A DNA stretch of 64,000 nt, taken from assembly GCA_965202585.1 (NCBI GenBank), contig OZ241826.1, positions 91,636,001-91,700,000 of the forward strand. The letters run 5' to 3'. A program made the translations under genes and the position numbers. Origin of the DNA: Thalia democratica. Its lineage: Eukaryota. The notes under the pieces are model-generated. The model made no database searches and was not told where the DNA came from. It saw nothing but the letters and a program-made list of their open reading frames with translations. Shown here in pieces: positions 61,620 through 64,000 of this stretch (position 1 is its first letter; every line of letters begins with the position of its first letter).

Positions 61620-62850
61620 TTTATTAAAAACTTAAGCGGTTTATCAACGGGCTCACCTCTTGCCCCTTTACTGGCCAACTGGTTTGTCAGTCAATTAGAA
61701 ACAGAGCTGCTCAACAAAACTGCAAGGCCAAGAATGTACTGCAGATATGTTGACGACATTTTCTGCATTTTCCAAAATAAAGAACAAATAGATCAGTTTG
61801 ATAAAAAACTCAACAATATGCATCAAGACATGAAATTTGTAATCCAGACTTGCCAAGAAGGTAAATTACCATATCTCGATACACAGGTGACAATAAAAAA
61901 CAACAAGTTTATAACATCAATATTCAGAAAACCAACAAGCACGGGCGTGCTCATGAATTTTAACTCGTGTGTACCGCAGTCGTGGAAGAGAAATTTAGTA
62001 AAAAACCTGAATCACAGAATCAAAAATCTCGTTATAGAAGATCTACAAAATGACGAGTGGCAAAAGGTAAAAGAGCTGTTGATGAAAAATTCATTTCCGG
62101 CCAAGTTTATCGATGAACAAATATAAAAGAAAGACACCTTTGAGACAGAATTATTTGAAAATAAAGATGATAAGAAAGAATACATTACAATTCCATATGT
62201 TAAAAAGACGTCAGAGAAATTCGCCAAGAACATAAAAGCAGTATTTGAAAGCATCGGGGTAAAAGTACGCATTACTTATAGATCAGAAAAAGTAGGGAAA
62301 TATTTCTCTCTAAAAGATTCAATAAGTAGCTTGTATCAAAGTTGTATTGTCTATAAATTTACGTGTCCAGGTGATCTGAACAACCAGTACATTGGTGAGA
62401 CAGAAAGACAACTTTTCGTCAGAATTAAAGAACATGTGACTCCAACCAACAGTGCGGTGTTTAAACATATTGAAAATTGTGTATTTTGTACTAATTTGAA
62501 AATATTTATAATTGTTTCAAAGTTATTAAAACGTGCACTTCGTATAATGAATTATTATCTTCAGAAGCTCTACTAATTAAAAAATTCCAGCCAAATTTGA
62601 ATAATCAGCTTGGTCCTGATAAAGGATCAAGAGTAACTATTAATGTATTTAAATAATCCATTTTGTCTTATAATTGTTTATAAAAATCCATTTTTGTTAA
62701 TTACTTGTCGTTTTAATTAGTTGTGTTTTTTACAAATGATATAATTTCACTCAATTTATTTTGTGTTAGTTTAACTAGGGAGTGTTTAGCATTTTGATAA
62801 GGGAATTTGGACATTCCGAAAGCGCTTAAGCTTTTAATAAAGTTTATAAT
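61620..62850 (+). mobile_element. Penelope-like retroelement, 5'-truncated and degenerate (RT C-half + GIY-YIG + pLTR)
   Basis: GLSTGSPLAPLLANWFV..YCRYVDDIF..LPYLDT..IFRKPTSTG (RT). In-frame TAA at 62124, then SCIVYKFTCP..YIGETERQLFVRIKEH (GIY-YIG). After a frameshift near 62495, EALLIKKFQPNLN...VFK* ends at 62656. A hammerhead-like motif and AATAAA follow. Confidence 0.92.
62788..62832 (+). ncRNA. Hammerhead ribozyme variant with a U3-A8 core in the PLE pseudo-LTR
   Basis: AGCATT-TTGATAA-G GGAAT TTGGAC ATTCC-GAAA-GCGCT-T-AAGCT. Stem II is 5 bp, stem III is the palindrome AGCGCT, and C3/G8 are both changed to U/A. It lies where PLE hammerheads are expected. Confidence 0.6.
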
Positions 62851-63044
62851 GAAAAAATTTGTTTGTCTTGTAGTTAAATGATACTTAATTACATTAAAAG
62901 GTCTAAATATATCTAGTTTAACTAAGATAACGTAAATACAAAAAAAAAAATAAATAAAATAAACACGGAAAAAGCACACTTAAAAAGTAGACAAATATTT
63001 ATAACAACCTAAAGACTAGACTTATAAACAACTTAGGTCTAAAC

Positions 63045-63095
63045 CAGGGGCTCCAAAACTTTTTTTCAAAAGGCCCCTTAAAAATAATAAAAATA
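63045..63095. mobile_element. hAT MITE end (same family as 15047-15276)
   Basis: CAGGGGCTCCAAAACTTTTTTTCAAAAGGCCCCTTAA matches the reverse complement of 15241-15276. It is preceded by GTCTAAAC, similar to the AGCTAAAC target of the other copy. The other end was not located. Confidence 0.6.
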
Positions 63096-64000
63096 GCTAT
63101 GGTGCCCTGCCAAAAAATTTCTTACAAAACTACCTCTAAAAACTTTATGTTTTCAAGTCCAGTATATCTAGTGTAAGTTCTAAATTATAGCTTTTTGGCG
63201 TTCTTATAACCCCCTAAATTTCTTAGTTTTCCAACAAAATCTGTAGAAGTGCTTCAAAAGTGCCATTAAATAAGCTTAAGACCTAAGACCTTTTTTTTGC
63301 TTTTACCATGAACTCTAAAATATCTAGTGTAAGTTTCAAAAGTTACAAATTATGACCTAAATAACACAACTGTCACATCACAGTGTAGTCCTAAAGGGCC
63401 TGAGGTAGGAACTACCTTTAATTGGGGGAAGTCCCCTTTTTTGTGCTAAACGCTTAGCGCGTTTAGCTCTTAAGGTTTTTACTGAATTTACCTTACTCAT
63501 TAGGTTTAACTTAGTAATTAATAAGTATGTAATAGACTTATTATGTATAATTTCTTTAATGAAGTGAGTTTATTGAAAACCTGATGTTAATGTGAAAATT
63601 AGGAAGTAGAAATAATAAAGCAGCCAATTTATCAGTAGAATAAAACTGCGAATATAAACACAACAAGTAAACACCAAATTCTACAAACTAAAATGTCTTA
63701 ATAATGTTCTTAAAGTGTCTTAATGACACAATCTTAAGCACAAAATAGGTCTTACTAAAAATACTACTAATAATACAGAGTCTTAATATATGTCGTGCTT
63801 CATGCACAACGATGGCTAAACTAAGCACAATATAAAACAATCATGCAAATAAACATCAAGATCTTATAAAATAATAAAACAGTTCTTATAATCAGTTAAT
63901 GTGCATCTCGCACGGTCTTATGGCCTAACTGACCACATTACAATACAATTATACAAATAAAGATATAGTTCTTAAAAAATGACAATCATAACAAAGTTCT

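Overview
AT-rich, intron-rich animal (probably marine invertebrate) genomic DNA. There are no prokaryotic features and no CRISPR array. Genes reconstructed by hand from splice phases: (1) a 23-exon Tonsoku-like gene (TONSL; TPR-ankyrin-UBL-LRR, about 1254 aa, + strand, 3939-21950); (2) a two-exon BACK-Kelch gene (- strand) and a nearby Kelch pseudogene; (3) an intronless Ariadne RBR E3 ligase whose catalytic-site His is replaced by Arg; (4) a four-exon type II transmembrane C-type lectin (- strand) and a truncated pseudogene paralog; (5) two copies of a putative signal-peptide exon. Mobile DNA: a young 5.2 kb Gypsy LTR retrotransposon (identical 104-bp LTRs, 5-bp TSD), two Penelope-like element remnants, hammerhead ribozyme motifs at three loci, several MITEs (hAT, Tc1/mariner-like, Kolobok-like, Harbinger-like), a 33-bp minisatellite and several tandem duplications. 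The strongest candidate for something new is the Gypsy element. It has no tRNA-type PBS. An 11-nt stretch of its LTR is exactly complementary to the sequence abutting the 5' LTR, which is the Tf1-style self-priming geometry. A second copy of that complement sits directly against the polypurine tract. All identifications come from reading and recalled motifs; no searches were run.
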